A DNA stretch of 64,000 nt from Parachlamydiales bacterium (GTDB lineage Bacteria > Chlamydiota > Chlamydiia > Chlamydiales > JAJFMK01): positions 1 to 64,000 of the forward strand of contig CAVXVG010000024.1 of the NCBI GenBank assembly GCA_963765145.1, given 5' to 3'. Positions 1 to 10,936 of the stretch are shown in pieces (position 1 is the first letter of the stretch; each line of letters starts with the position of its first letter). The translations under genes were made by a program, and so were the position numbers. The notes under the pieces were generated by a model. It worked only from the letters and a program-made list of their open reading frames with translations, had not been told where the DNA came from and did no database searches.

Positions 1-416
1 AGGCACAGAAACAGCCTGCACCATCTTTTTAGCAATTTCATGCAGGTGGTTTGGATCTTTTAAGAGGCTTGAACCTGCCCCTCTGCCTGTCACAGTGTTT
101 GAAGGGCATCCACAATTGAGATCGATCCTTTTTGCCCCTCTGGCTTCCATTTCTCGTGCCATATCGGCCATTGAATCGGGATCAGACCCCATCAGCTGGG
201 CCGCAAGAGGGATTGGAGCAATTTAGTCCGATTCATACTGGACAGCAGGCTTTTCACATGGGCATTGGTGGGGACACAGAGAAAATCTCGGACGCCTTCA
301 TCAAAACCCCCAATCGAAACCATGGCTTTTCAAAAACACCGATCGCCCACCCCTTCCATAGGCGCTAGGATCAAAAACGGGCAACCCTTTGAGTTTTTAG
401 GTAATAACCCCATCAT
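1..416 (-). pseudogene. Mirror copy of the 5' part of the tRNA-dihydrouridine synthase gene (runs off the window edge, contains indels)
   Basis: Reverse complement of about 18442-18858. Confidence 0.85.
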
Positions 417-529
417 AGAACCAAATATTATAACCTTTTTTGGGAAATATTTACAGTCAACTCTTGCGTCATTTTATCTTTCGGAGTAATGTGGACCCTT
501 TCAACCTAAAAAAAAGAAGGAATTTACCC

Positions 530-1573
530 TTGTCCTACCGTTCTCTTTTATTATCGCTCGTTTTGGGTTCAACAGCCCTAGTAGCGAACGAATATGTATA
601 CGATGATGCATACGACAGCTGCTGCTGTGAAGATCAACCCCGTTTTTTGGTAAGAGGTGAATACCTTATATTCCAAACAACATGGGATCAACCTCACTAC
701 GTTCTATCAGCAACTGACAATTTTTCGATGGCGAGCACTATCCTCTTGCTAATAGACACATCAACAACCCACCTTTTAAATCTGGGTTCCGTGTAGAAGC
801 TGCCTACTTAATGCCAGAATGCCCAACAGATCTCGACTTGAGATTTACATGGCTTCAATCTAGCCACACCACCACTTTTGCAGGTCCTGTATTATGGGTA
901 ACAAAAGGATTTCCTGGAGATGGCACTCAAAGCGGCGAAGACACCCCATTTGATGGCGTTGTCCAAGATAGCTTCAACATCATTTCTCGGCGGAGATTTC
1001 ACTTTTAACCGTATACACCCTGGTTGCTGCGGCGAAAACATGACCTTTTTGGTTGGGCTTCACTTTGCCTATGTCAAATTTAAAGAAGACCACTTGAGCA
1101 CAGGTTCCTACTCAACCGATGATGGAGCTGCATTTGTTTCAAACAACTTGCGTAACACTTCCCGTTTCTGGGGTATTGGGCCACAATTTGGTGTGGATTA
1201 TAGACACGACTTCTTTTCACACGGTGATGGAAGCTTAACATTTGTAGCCAACGCAAGAGCTGCATTATTGGCCAGCAACACTAAAGCCTGCCTTAATGAT
1301 GTTACCACTAGAACAGGCCCTCTTGGGTTGTCAATCAAAAATGACACCTACTGGAGAGTTACACCTGCTTTTGATGCAAGACTTGGATTTAGCAGCAGCT
1401 TTGATTGCTTCTGCCTCGCAGGCACTGTCGAGTTTGGATATGAGATGCTCTATTACAGCAACGTTATAGACAACATCTTAGGCTATGATGTTGCATACGC
1501 CGGCGACACTATGGATCTTTATAGCAATTTAAATGCTCAAGGACCATACGTAGCTGTCAATCTAGCTTTCTAG
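530..1573 (+). CDS. Cys-rich outer-membrane beta-barrel porin (Lpg1974/MOMP-like); frameshifted mirror copy
   Basis: ORFs 440-796, 811-1008 and 920-1573 together equal the intact ORF at 17282-18328. The protein has a signal peptide and a terminal Phe (GPYVAVNLAF). Confidence 0.7.
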
Positions 1574-1598
1574 TCAGTTAGCTTCTTAGCTTTCTCAC

Positions 1599-1634
1599 AA
1601 AAGGCGGCCTCATTTTCAATGAGGTCGCCTTTTT
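1599..1634 (+). terminator. Rho-independent terminator after the porin gene (mirror copy at 17221-17256)
   Basis: aaaaggcggcctcatt-ttc-aatgaggtcgcc followed by a T-run. Confidence 0.8.
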
Positions 1635-1680
1635 ATTTTACAGATTTGCTATATGCAAAATTTAAAATCGAGGAAAGCTT

Positions 1681-2540
1681 ATGTCGAAAAAAAGGTTGGA
1701 AGGAAAAGTAGCTGTGATCACAGGTGCCGCGCGCGGCATTGGCCGAGCAACAGCTATCGCTTTTGCAGAGGAAGGGGCTCATGTCATCGGAATGGACATT
1801 TGCAAGGTTGTCTCTCCCCGTTTTGGAGTGAAAGGATCAAACAAAGAAGAGCTAGAAGAAACCGGTAGGCTTGTCCAACAGGCCGGCACCCGTTTTCATC
1901 CGATTGTCCTCGATCAACGCGATTTTAAAGCGCTTCAAAAGGCGGCTGGTGAAATTGAAAACGTGTTCGGAGGTATCGATATCCTCTTTGCAAATGCCGG
2001 AGTACAAGGCTTTGCCTCTCTTTTAAAGATGGAAGATGAAGATTGGCATACACAAATCGATGTCAATTTAACGGGTACTGCCAATGTAATCCGCGTTTTT
2101 GCTCCTTTCCTTGTAAAAAGAGGGGGAGGGAAATCATTGTCACCTCTTCAACACAAGGAAGGCATGGGATGAGAGAGGGGTCGGCTTATTCGGCCTCCAA
2201 ATGGGGCATTATCGGTTTAATGAAGTCAGCTGCATTGGAACTTGGCCCCTATGGTATTACTGTCAATGCGGTCGTTCCTGGACTGATCGACACCCCGCTG
2301 ACCCGGCATAAAGAGCGGTATGAACAAGTTTTAGATGAGGCCCACAAAAAGGTCGATCTATCACAAGAAGAGGGCGAGGCTAAAAAAATCCTGCAAGGGA
2401 GAACTCCTCTGAGTGTCCCTTGGATCCAGCCTGAAGCGGTTGCCTCCGTCGTCACTTTTCTGGCCTCTAATGCAGCAGACATGGTATCTGGCGCAACCTA
2501 CGATGTCACTGCGGGAGACAGCGCCCACAATTCAGCTTGA
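1681..2540 (+). CDS. SDR-family NAD(P)-dependent oxidoreductase; one frameshift near 2125 (mirror copy)
   Basis: TGAARGIG, NAG and YSASK motifs; intact copy at 16314-17174. Confidence 0.85.
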
Positions 2541-2597
2541 AGTTAAACTGTTATTTTGAAATGAATGGCTTGAACATGAAACCTTAAGGAACGTCTA

Positions 2598-4430
2598 GTG
2601 GCTCTTGCTCATCAAGAAACAGTCGAATGGCTCGATACCGTTTGGAACACCCTTGCTACATCGATTAAACAAGCAAATGAGCAGCTTTTGCAAAACGAAG
2701 CACCGCACATTCATCAAGAAATGTCCGAACTGATCGAAGAGCTCGTTGGGGGATTCAAGTTAACCTGCGAAGAATTAAAGAAACTGCACCCTGAAGCCTC
2801 TATCGAATTTAACCAATGGGTTTTAGAGAATGGAGATCTTTTAGATCAGCTTTTAAAAGACGAACAAAACGAAATCATTCCTTACAAATTTCTTCAGTAT
2901 CTATTTTACGCAGGGCAAAGCTTTTACCTAGCAAACGATTTTATGAAGGGGCAACTGGCCTTTCGCCTGTTAACATTGCTATGCCCCCAAAATGGAGATT
3001 TTTATCTATGGCTGGGCTTTTGCCAACAGGCTCAAAAACGGTCTTTGCCTGCCCTATTGTCATTTTCCATTGCACATGTTTTGTTGCCTGAAAACCCATT
3101 TATCACCTTTCACATTGCCGAATGTTGGATGATGATGAAAAGATGGGATGAAATGAAAACAACCCTTACTACCTGCCTCGAAAAAGTACAGGACAATCCG
3201 TTTCTCTTTCCACTTAAAGTCAAATGTTCAGAGGAATTGGCTATCCTGCCTTCTTTAATGTCCGGCAAAGTCGTTACCCCCTCATTCACACACTTCCCGT
3301 TGAAAATTTCGCCAAAAGATGGCATCCAGAAGGCATTTTTAGATAGAGAAGAAAAGTTTCCGCCGATTCCACCGAATGCTAAGGAAAAAATAGAAGAAAC
3401 ATTAATAACGTTGGCCAATTCAATAGACATTGAAAAAAATGGCACCTTTTTTTCGAGGCACTTTGTACAAAAAGGGGCGCAAGGAATTGTTTGGGGGTTT
3501 ATTCCTTTTTCAGATTCGCAACGCAATGCAAAGCTTTTCTTTTTTGGTATTTTATTTCTGGGTGGAAAAATTTCTGCGGCGCACAAATTGGTTGCAGAGG
3601 TTCCCTCGCATACTCCTGTCAGTGTTGCTTATCGTTTAGCTTCGTTCTTTGAAAATAACGATGAAACCATCGGAGAGACCATCGTCAAATATTTTTATGT
3701 TTGTGATGCTAAAAGACAGCTGGTCACCAATCAGGTGATGAAAAACCCAAATTATGGCTCAACAGAGCGGCCCTATGAAGAAGATCGGGATAAGGCAGAC
3801 GTTCGGGCCAGCCGATTCCTCCAAAAAGACATCGTTGGTAAATCGTTGTTGGATTTTGGATGCAATGAAGGGTTTGTCTTATTTGCCTGCCAAACCTTAG
3901 GCGCACGCTCGATCACCGGCATTGATCTGTCTCGTAGGTGCATTGAAAATGCAAATATAATGGTAGAGGAAAAACAGATCCCCAATGCTCAATTTCTTGC
4001 TGGAGACATGGAAAATAGCGCCTTCTTATCGTCTATTCCACAGGCAGACACAGTCTTTTTACTCGCCATTTTAGACACCTCCTACTTTGTCAATAAAACT
4101 GCCATACTTTCGCGAGTCTCTCAATTTGCAAAAAATGTCCTCTACTACGAAGGGCACCTATTTACTCCTAGCCATGTTCCGAAGATGTACGATCTTTTGG
4201 TCTCTACCAACTTCACCCGTTTTGAATATCTCGGAACGTTTGAAAGGCGTCCTCTGATCCGCTGCAGCCGCGAAATCTTCACTCAAGAGCAAATTCCTCC
4301 CGGAGCTGTCACATCTGATGCAAGTGATGCCGAATTGCTTAACGCCTCCGAAATCTACCTATTCACCGACAGCGACAAAAACCCCCCTTTCAGCATCAAG
4401 TGCCGCCTCATCCAATTTGTGAAAAGGTAA
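2598..4430 (+). CDS. SycD/LcrH-like TPR domain fused to a class I SAM-dependent methyltransferase
   Basis: TPR pattern (AFRLLTLLCPQNGDFYLWLGFCQQ...PENPFITFHIAEC) and SAM motif I (LLDFGCNEG). Confidence 0.7.
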   Translation: MALAHQETVEWLDTVWNTLATSIKQANEQLLQNEAPHIHQEMSELIEELVGGFKLTCEELKKLHPEASIEFNQWVLENGDLLDQLLKDEQNEIIPYKFLQYLFYAGQSFYLANDFMKGQLAFRLLTLLCPQNGDFYLWLGFCQQAQKRSLPALLSFSIAHVLLPENPFITFHIAECWMMMKRWDEMKTTLTTCLEKVQDNPFLFPLKVKCSEELAILPSLMSGKVVTPSFTHFPLKISPKDGIQKAFLDREEKFPPIPPNAKEKIEETLITLANSIDIEKNGTFFSRHFVQKGAQGIVWGFIPFSDSQRNAKLFFFGILFLGGKISAAHKLVAEVPSHTPVSVAYRLASFFENNDETIGETIVKYFYVCDAKRQLVTNQVMKNPNYGSTERPYEEDRDKADVRASRFLQKDIVGKSLLDFGCNEGFVLFACQTLGARSITGIDLSRRCIENANIMVEEKQIPNAQFLAGDMENSAFLSSIPQADTVFLLAILDTSYFVNKTAILSRVSQFAKNVLYYEGHLFTPSHVPKMYDLLVSTNFTRFEYLGTFERRPLIRCSREIFTQEQIPPGAVTSDASDAELLNASEIYLFTDSDKNPPFSIKCRLIQFVKR

Positions 4431-4453
4431 GAAGCATTTCTCCACCTGAACTA

Positions 4454-4580
4454 CCCTTGCCCATGCCCTTGCCCTTGCCCTTGCCCTTGCCCGAATGTTT
4501 CTTAGTAAAAACCATTATAAATTAGTGTCTAAGATGGCTTTTACTTAAAATTCGGGCAAGGGCACGGGCAAGGGCGAGGG
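4454..4580. repeat. Long imperfect hairpin built of (GCCCTT)n / (AAGGGC)n arms between convergent genes (mirror copy at about 14275-14401)
   Basis: cccttgccc...ccgaat pairs with attcgggcaagggcacgggcaaggg; the inner agtaaaa/ttttact also pairs. Confidence 0.8.
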
Positions 4581-4586
4581 ATTGCT

Positions 4587-5123
4587 TCAGGGAAAAAATT
4601 TTATTCTGTAAAGGACATGGCGGAGGAGAGGATGGCCTGCAGGAACCTTGGGATGATCGAAATCGCCCTCTAGATCACGCGTCATCCCAAGTTTTTCCAT
4701 CACACGGATCGAACGTTTGTTTCGAGGAACTGTAATAGCGACCACCTCTTGAAGACCAAATGTCGTAAAAGCTTCTTTCAAAACCGACGTAGCAGCTTCA
4801 GTAGCATACCCATGCCCCCAAGCAGTTGAGGCAAGTCTCCATCCAATCTCAACGCAAGGGGTGAAGTGAGAGACAAAAGCTGGAACATTGAGACCGACAA
4901 AACCGATGCATTGAGATGTTTCTTTTACGACGCAAGCATACAACCCAAAACCGTGGGTTTTAAAATGGCGCTTAAACGTTTCTACTAAAGCCCTAGCCTC
5001 TTCTTCAGTTAAGGGCTTTAACAAATGTTGCATCACCAACGGATCTTGATTGATCGCAACAAAAGGAGGGATGTCTCTGTCTTCCCATTCTCTTAATATG
5101 AGCCGATCGGTCTCTATTTTCAT
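4587..5123 (-). CDS. GNAT-family (RimJ/RimL-like) N-acetyltransferase
   Basis: ETDRLILREW, EIGWRL, WGHGYATEAA and NKRSIRVMEKLGM motifs. Confidence 0.92.
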   Translation of the reverse strand: MKIETDRLILREWEDRDIPPFVAINQDPLVMQHLLKPLTEEEARALVETFKRHFKTHGFGLYACVVKETSQCIGFVGLNVPAFVSHFTPCVEIGWRLASTAWGHGYATEAATSVLKEAFTTFGLQEVVAITVPRNKRSIRVMEKLGMTRDLEGDFDHPKVPAGHPLLRHVLYRIKFFP

Positions 5124-5131
5124 CCTATCCT

Positions 5132-6011
5132 TTAAAGTCGCTGGATCGTTTCAATCCAACCTTGCTGTTCCTGAGAAAGCTGAAGATGCTTTCTGTAATA
5201 GGTATCAGCTTTCCCTTCCAATTCACTATAGTCCGGTTCCACGACGCTATGAGTTTGGGCATATTCAAGAAAAAGACCTGTTTCCTCCTCCCTCCGATGA
5301 ATGTCATTGAAACGCTGTGCTTTTTTGAAGCTATAAAAAGGGCTGCTTCTTCTTCAGGTTGAAGGATTGTTTTATTCGACTTAACCATCAAAATACAATC
5401 GACCAGGTGTGAAGTTAATACGAGTCTTTTGATTTTTTCTAAGTTATAAGCTTTTATCGCTGGCAACGGACTATCAATCCCATCGATTTGACCATCCTGT
5501 ATGGCTTTTGGCAAATCATGTAGAGAAATAGGAATAGGATGTGTACCCAAAGATTTAGCCACTTGAGCCCAAGCCTCTCCCTTCGGCATCCTTAATGCAA
5601 AATCTTCACTTTGGAACTGTTTTTCACCGATTTCGGCTAAATGTCTGGTTCCGATGTAGATTACAGAAAGGATCGTAATGCCCAATTTTTCTGAAACAAG
5701 GTTGCAAAACTCTAGCCAAAAACTTGTTTCCTCCACAACTCTGCGCAAATGCTCATAATCTTTGATCAAATAAGCTCTTGATAAAGCATTAAATGGTTCG
5801 CCTAAGTCAGAAAACGAAAGAGTCGCTAGATCAAGATCTCTCTTTGAAGGGCTGCCAGCTCTTCACCCTGCTTGTATAGTTTTCCCCCGCACACAACATT
5901 TACCTTCACATGAGGCAACTGCTCTTCAACTTTTTGTGCTAATAGGTTGGCGCTCTTTGTTGTCCAACTTGCTTCAGCAGATGGAATAGAAAACCTTAAC
6001 GTAATCGACAT
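5132..6011 (-). CDS. TRAP-transporter substrate-binding protein (DctP-like); frameshifted in both arms
   Basis: GGKLYKQGEELAALQ, LRMPKGEAW and AIQDGQIDGID motifs; assembled from ORFs 5826-6041, 5125-5769 and 13139-13726. Confidence 0.7.
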
Positions 6012-6178
6012 CGAAACCCTTCTATTTAAAAATTTATACAAATTATAGCAGTTTTAACTATTTCAAACTGTCCATTCTTCTGCGAAGCGTTTGAAGAGCT
6101 AAACGCTATCGCGTGGAAAAATTTTGTTGGGATTTAGGATAAACAAGCTTTAGAATTGTTCTTTATATTGGGAAAAAT

Positions 6179-7595
6179 ATGTCATTGAAATTCTTCAATT
6201 TGCTTTTAGTTATTACAACAGGCCTATTTGGAACACTTTACTCTGATGATTGCAAAAAGGACGACAGTGACAAAAAGAAGAGGACTGCGATGACAAGGAC
6301 GACGATGACAAAGAGGAAGAAAAACCTCGGAGAGCATTGCCAGCCCCCTTCCTTCTCCTCCATTTCCTTCCGGCGAATTTCAAGGCTACCCATTAATCGG
6401 GGTTCCCCCAGATGACTCTGTCTATCCCCTGATGAAGATTATCTACAGCAAACCTTGCGGAGATCTGATCAAAGAAAGTCGGATCAAAGCATATGGCTGG
6501 GTGAATTTCTCAGCGAATCTCTCTAACTGTAAATCTTCCAACTCGCCGATGTCTTATTGGTTGGTGCCCAATAGTGCACAACTCGACCAATTTGTCTTAA
6601 GGGTAGAGCGTCAGGTTGATTCAGTCCAAACTAGCCACATCGATGTAGGCTTCCGTTCCACCATTTTAGTAGGTATCGACTATCGGTACATGACGGGAGG
6701 TGGATGGACAAGCGATCAATTGCTTAAGCACAACTACCTCTACGGCTATGATTTCACTGAACAATACGTTGATGTGTACTTCCCTAAGGTATTTCAGGGG
6801 ATGATTGTTCGTACAGGAAGGTGGATTGCCTGCCCGGACATCGAAACTCAGTTTGCACCTGACAACTATATGGGAAGCCACTCCATCCTTTTTACCTTTG
6901 ACACCTACACACAGACAGGCGTAATGTTCACCGCCATGCTGAACAAATATTGGACTATTCAGGCCTGCGCCCATTCAGGAACAGATATGGCTCCCTGGTA
7001 TAAAGGGGCTGTTTTAACCGGGATGTTCGGGGTCCGTTGGGTCTCTTGTGATAATATGGACTCTATTTACTTGGTTTTAAACTCGATCAACGGGGCCAAG
7101 TTTCGTCGTTTCCAACAGTATGGTCAGCCGATGGGTCATGATAACTTCAACTACCTCGTAGGTACTTGGCAACATAAGTTTTCTGATGCTGTCCACACCA
7201 AAACCGAAAGCTATGTCATGTGGCAAAGAGATGCTGTTCTCAGCGGAACACCAAGCGCAGGTCCTGTCAGATCTTTTGGAGGAGGGGGAGGCATTGGCCC
7301 CGATATCCCTGGCACATCATGGACCTACGGAGTGGTAAACTACACCATGTTTATGCTTTCAAAATGCGACTTTGTCACTTTACGAAATGAGTATTGGAGA
7401 GATGTAAGCGGCGAGCGGTCAGATTTTGCAGGCTCTTATACCAGTCACGCCTTCGGTTGGACTCACAATTTTAATGACATTTTCCAAATACGACCAGAAA
7501 TTGGCTATTACCGCAATTGGAACCAACCTGCCTTTGACCTAGGAAGAAAAAGAGGACTCTTCATGGTTGCCGCCGACTTCACCGCCCGCTACTAA
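6179..7595 (+). CDS. Outer-membrane beta-barrel porin (BBP2-like) with a signal peptide and an acidic N-terminal linker; frameshifts at about 6275-6360
   Basis: Signal peptide MSLKFFNLLLV..., aromatic-rich strands (IKAYGWVN, LRNEYWRD, IRPEIGYY) and a terminal Tyr. Confidence 0.75.
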
Positions 7596-7662
7596 CCGCT
7601 ACATTTAACGGGATGAACAGGCATATGCATCAACCTAAGACATGTTGGTTGTAACATAAGAA

Positions 7663-7854
7663 TAACAGGGTGAACAGGATGAACAAGATAAGCTCCGCCA
7701 ACAAAAAAGCGATTGTTTTAGTAAAAATGAAATGAAGAATTGATTAGGTCTGGTATCTGTTACATTGGAGTCAAAGCATTTTCTTCTTGTTGCTTTTACC
7801 AATTTAGAATAGCACTAGGCGAAGTTTATCCTGTTCATCCTGTTCACCCTGTTA
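7663..7854. repeat. MITE/REP-like element with 37-bp inverted repeats built of TGAACAGGA-like units
   Basis: 7663-7699 taacagggtgaacaggatgaacaagataagctccgcc matches the reverse complement of 7818-7854 with 3 mismatches; a partial unit lies at 7605-7621. Confidence 0.75.
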
Positions 7855-7935
7855 AATTTACAGGATGTTTTTCCATAGTTGATGCTCAGCTTTTCCAGAA
7901 AGAGGTCTTCTTCTTCTGAAAGATTTAAATGAAAA

Positions 7936-9466
7936 TTATTCTGAGTCTTCTAGTTCTGCCAACTGCTGATCAATTGCTTTTAGAGAAATTTTCTTAACCT
8001 TCCCTTGTTTAGCCTGCTCCAAACCTTTCATTAAAGATGCATGAGCTTTTGGGTTTTCATAGATCCAATGACCATTATTAGAAGCAGAGAGGGCGGCGTA
8101 AAAACGCACACATCCCATGGACGCCGCCGCCGGGCGGTGTGGACGAAGAGCAAAGATATCGACCCCCTTGACCGGAGTAGAGTATGGATCTAATCGGGCC
8201 ACAGGGCGTGTAAAAAGTTGAAAAATATCCTCCATTCCACCGTTGATGTCCCCGCCAACATAATTAGCGTTATATTGCTCGAGTTGTGCCGGTGAAAAGG
8301 TGTTTTTAGCCAAAATACAATCTTTGAACCCTGGAGCCATCTCCTCGATTTGGTCTTCAATTTGGCTTGTCATATCGACTGTAGATCCGTTAGGAACATG
8401 GCAATAAGCCCAAGCGATCTGTTTGCCTTTTGGTGCTCTCGTAGGGTCAAAAAGTGTTGGTTGCGTCACAATGATGAAGCTCTTTTTGGGATTCTTCCCT
8501 TCCGATACTTCCCTTTCAGAGGCGGCAATCTCTTTCAAAGTTCCCCCAAGATGAACCGTTCCTGCCTGACTACAAAGAGGGTCTTTCCAAGGAATTGGGT
8601 TGCTTAAAGCCCAATCGATCTTAAACACCCCGGGGCCATAGCTAAAACGTTCTAACCTTTTGCGATATCCGGAAGGGAATTGATCTCCCATGATGTTTAA
8701 CAATGTTTTGGGCGAGATATCAAAAAGAACTGTTTTAGCAGAAGGTAATTGTTGGAAATGAGCCATAGGCATATCGACGATAACTTCTCCTCCCAACTTC
8801 TTAAAATGGTCCAAGAGCGCATTGGCCAAGTTTTGTGTGCCCCCTTCAACGAGAGGCCATCCAACTCCATGTCCTAAAAAGCCAAGAACAAGCCCAAAAG
8901 CCGATGTGACAAGTTTATTAAGCGGCAAATTGGCATGTGCAGCAAGCCCTGCAAAAAGGCTCTGAGTGGTTTCTTCTTTAAACAACAACCGCGCCAACCA
9001 TTCGGCGCTTGGAAGGCCATAGAGGCCAAAACGGGCCATGACTAAAGGGTGACGAGGAAAATGAAGCGGAGCTAAAATGTCAGAGATCAACCCTTTCCAT
9101 TGGTTGACAAAAGGTTGCATCAGCCTTTGATAAGCCTTTGCATCTACACCGACCACCGTTTCTTCTATAGACCGTTTAAGAAAAGCTGTTTTTTGATTCA
9201 GGAAAGGGTGCGCTAAGGGGATAGTGGGCTCTATCCACTTGAGCTTTAGGTCCAGCTTTCTAAAGAAAGGGGAAGCTAAAGCCAGCGGATGGATCGTCGA
9301 GCAAACATCATGGACAAACCCCGGAATGGTGAGTTCTGCCGAACGCATCCCACCTCCGATTGTCTTTTTTGCTTCAATCAGCAAAACAGACTGCCCCATT
9401 TCTGCAAGTGTGATAGCTGCCGACAAACCGTTTGGGCCAGAACCGACAACCACTGTGCATCGTACT
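7936..9466 (-). CDS. NAD(P)/FAD-dependent oxidoreductase, phytoene dehydrogenase-like; its true start lies at the fold
   Basis: VVVGSGPNGLSAA Rossmann motif, HDVCS, and a C-terminal YLCSSSTPPGG seen in the mirror copy. The residues upstream of VVVGSG in the 562-aa ORF are read-through into the mirrored arm. Confidence 0.88.
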
Positions 9467-10936
9467 TTGTCGGTTCTGGCCCAAACGGTTTGTCGGCAGC
9501 TGTCACGAGCTAGAAATGGGGCAGTCTGTTTTGCTGATTGAAGCAAAAAAGACAATCGGAGGTGGGAGTGCGTTCGGCAGGGTATTTTCCGGGGTTTGTC
9601 CATGATGTTTGCTCGACGATCCATCCGCCTGGCTTTAGCTTCCCCTTTCTCTTAGAGAGAGCTGGACCTAAAGCTCAAGTGGATAGAGCCCAGCTATCCC
9701 CTTAGCGGGCCCTTTTCTGAATCAAAAAACAGCTTTTCTTAAACGGTCTATAGAAGAAACGGAGTCATGTAGATGCAAAGGCTTATCAAAGGCTGATGCA
9801 ACCTTTTGTCAACCAATGGAAAGGGTTGATCTCTGACATTTTAGCTCCGCTTCATTTTCCTCGTCACCCTTTAGTCATGGCCCGTTTTGGCCTCTATGGC
9901 CTTCCAAGCGCGAAATGGCTAGCGCGGTTGTATTTTAAAGAAAAAGTTCTCAGAGCCTTTTTGGGGGGCTTGCTGCAGTGTCAATTTGCCGCTTGACAAC
10001 TTGTATCATCGGCTTTTGGGCTTGTTCTAAACACTTTTAGGACATGGAGTTGGATGGCCTGGGGAAGGGACACAAAACTTGGCCAATGCGCTCTTGGACC
10101 ATTTAAAATTTGGGAGGAGAAGTTATGGTCAATAAAACTGTGCTCATTTCCAACAATTACCTTCTGCTAAAACAGTTCTTTTTGATATCTCGCCCAAAAC
10201 ATTGTTAAACATCATGGGAGATCGATTCCCTTCCGGATATCGCGAAAAGATTTAGACGTTTTAGCTATGGCCCCCGGGGGATCTTAGTTCGATTGGGCTT
10301 TAAGCAGCCAATATATTGGAAAGACCCTCTTTGTAGTCGGGCTGGAACGGTTCATCTTGGGGGAACTTTGAAAGAGATTACGGCCTCTGAAAGGGAAGTA
10401 TCGGAAGGGAAGAATCCCAAAAGAAGCTTCATCATTGTGACGCAACCAACACTTTTTGACCCTTCGAGAGCACCAAAAGGCAAACAAGATCGCTTGGGCT
10501 TATTGCCATGTTCCTAACGGATCTACATCTGAAGACCAAATCGAGGAGATGGCTCCAGGTTTCAAAGATTGTATTTTGGCTAAAAACACTTTTTCACCGG
10601 CACAACTCGAGCAATATAACGCTAATTATGTTGGCGGGATATCAACGGTGGAATGGAGGATATTTTTCCAACTTTTTACACGCCCTGTGGCCCGATTAGA
10701 TCCATACTCTACTCCAGTCAAGGGGGTCTATCTTTGCTCTTCGTCCACACCGCCCGGCGGCGAGTGTGGTTTTTACAACACCCTCCTCTGCTTCTAATAA
10801 TGGTCATTGGATCTATGAAAACCCAAAAGCTCATCCATCTTTAATGAAAGGTTTGGAGCAGGCTAAACAAGGGAAGGTTAGAAATTTATCTAAAAGCAAT
10901 TGATCAGCAGTTGGCAGAACTAGAAACTCAGAATAA
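9467..10936 (+). pseudogene. Heavily indel-laden mirror copy of the FAD oxidoreductase
   Basis: Fragment ORFs 9796-9996, 10293-10517 and 10456-10797 match pieces of the left copy. Confidence 0.85.

Noticed and set aside
5132..6431. Phase variation in the dctP-like and porin genes
   Set aside because: The dctP frameshifts differ between the two arms, and the porin ones lie in short runs within a noisy region; consensus error is sufficient.
9440..9476. Hairpin telomere of a linear replicon
   Set aside because: The fold removes a gene's promoter and start, the post-fold sequence is error-rich, and no protelomerase is seen. An artefact is more likely, though read data are needed to exclude it.
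9450..9624. N-terminal extension of the 562-aa oxidoreductase ORF, and ORFs 9224-9541 and 9289-9513
   Set aside because: These are produced by reading through the palindrome centre into the mirrored arm.
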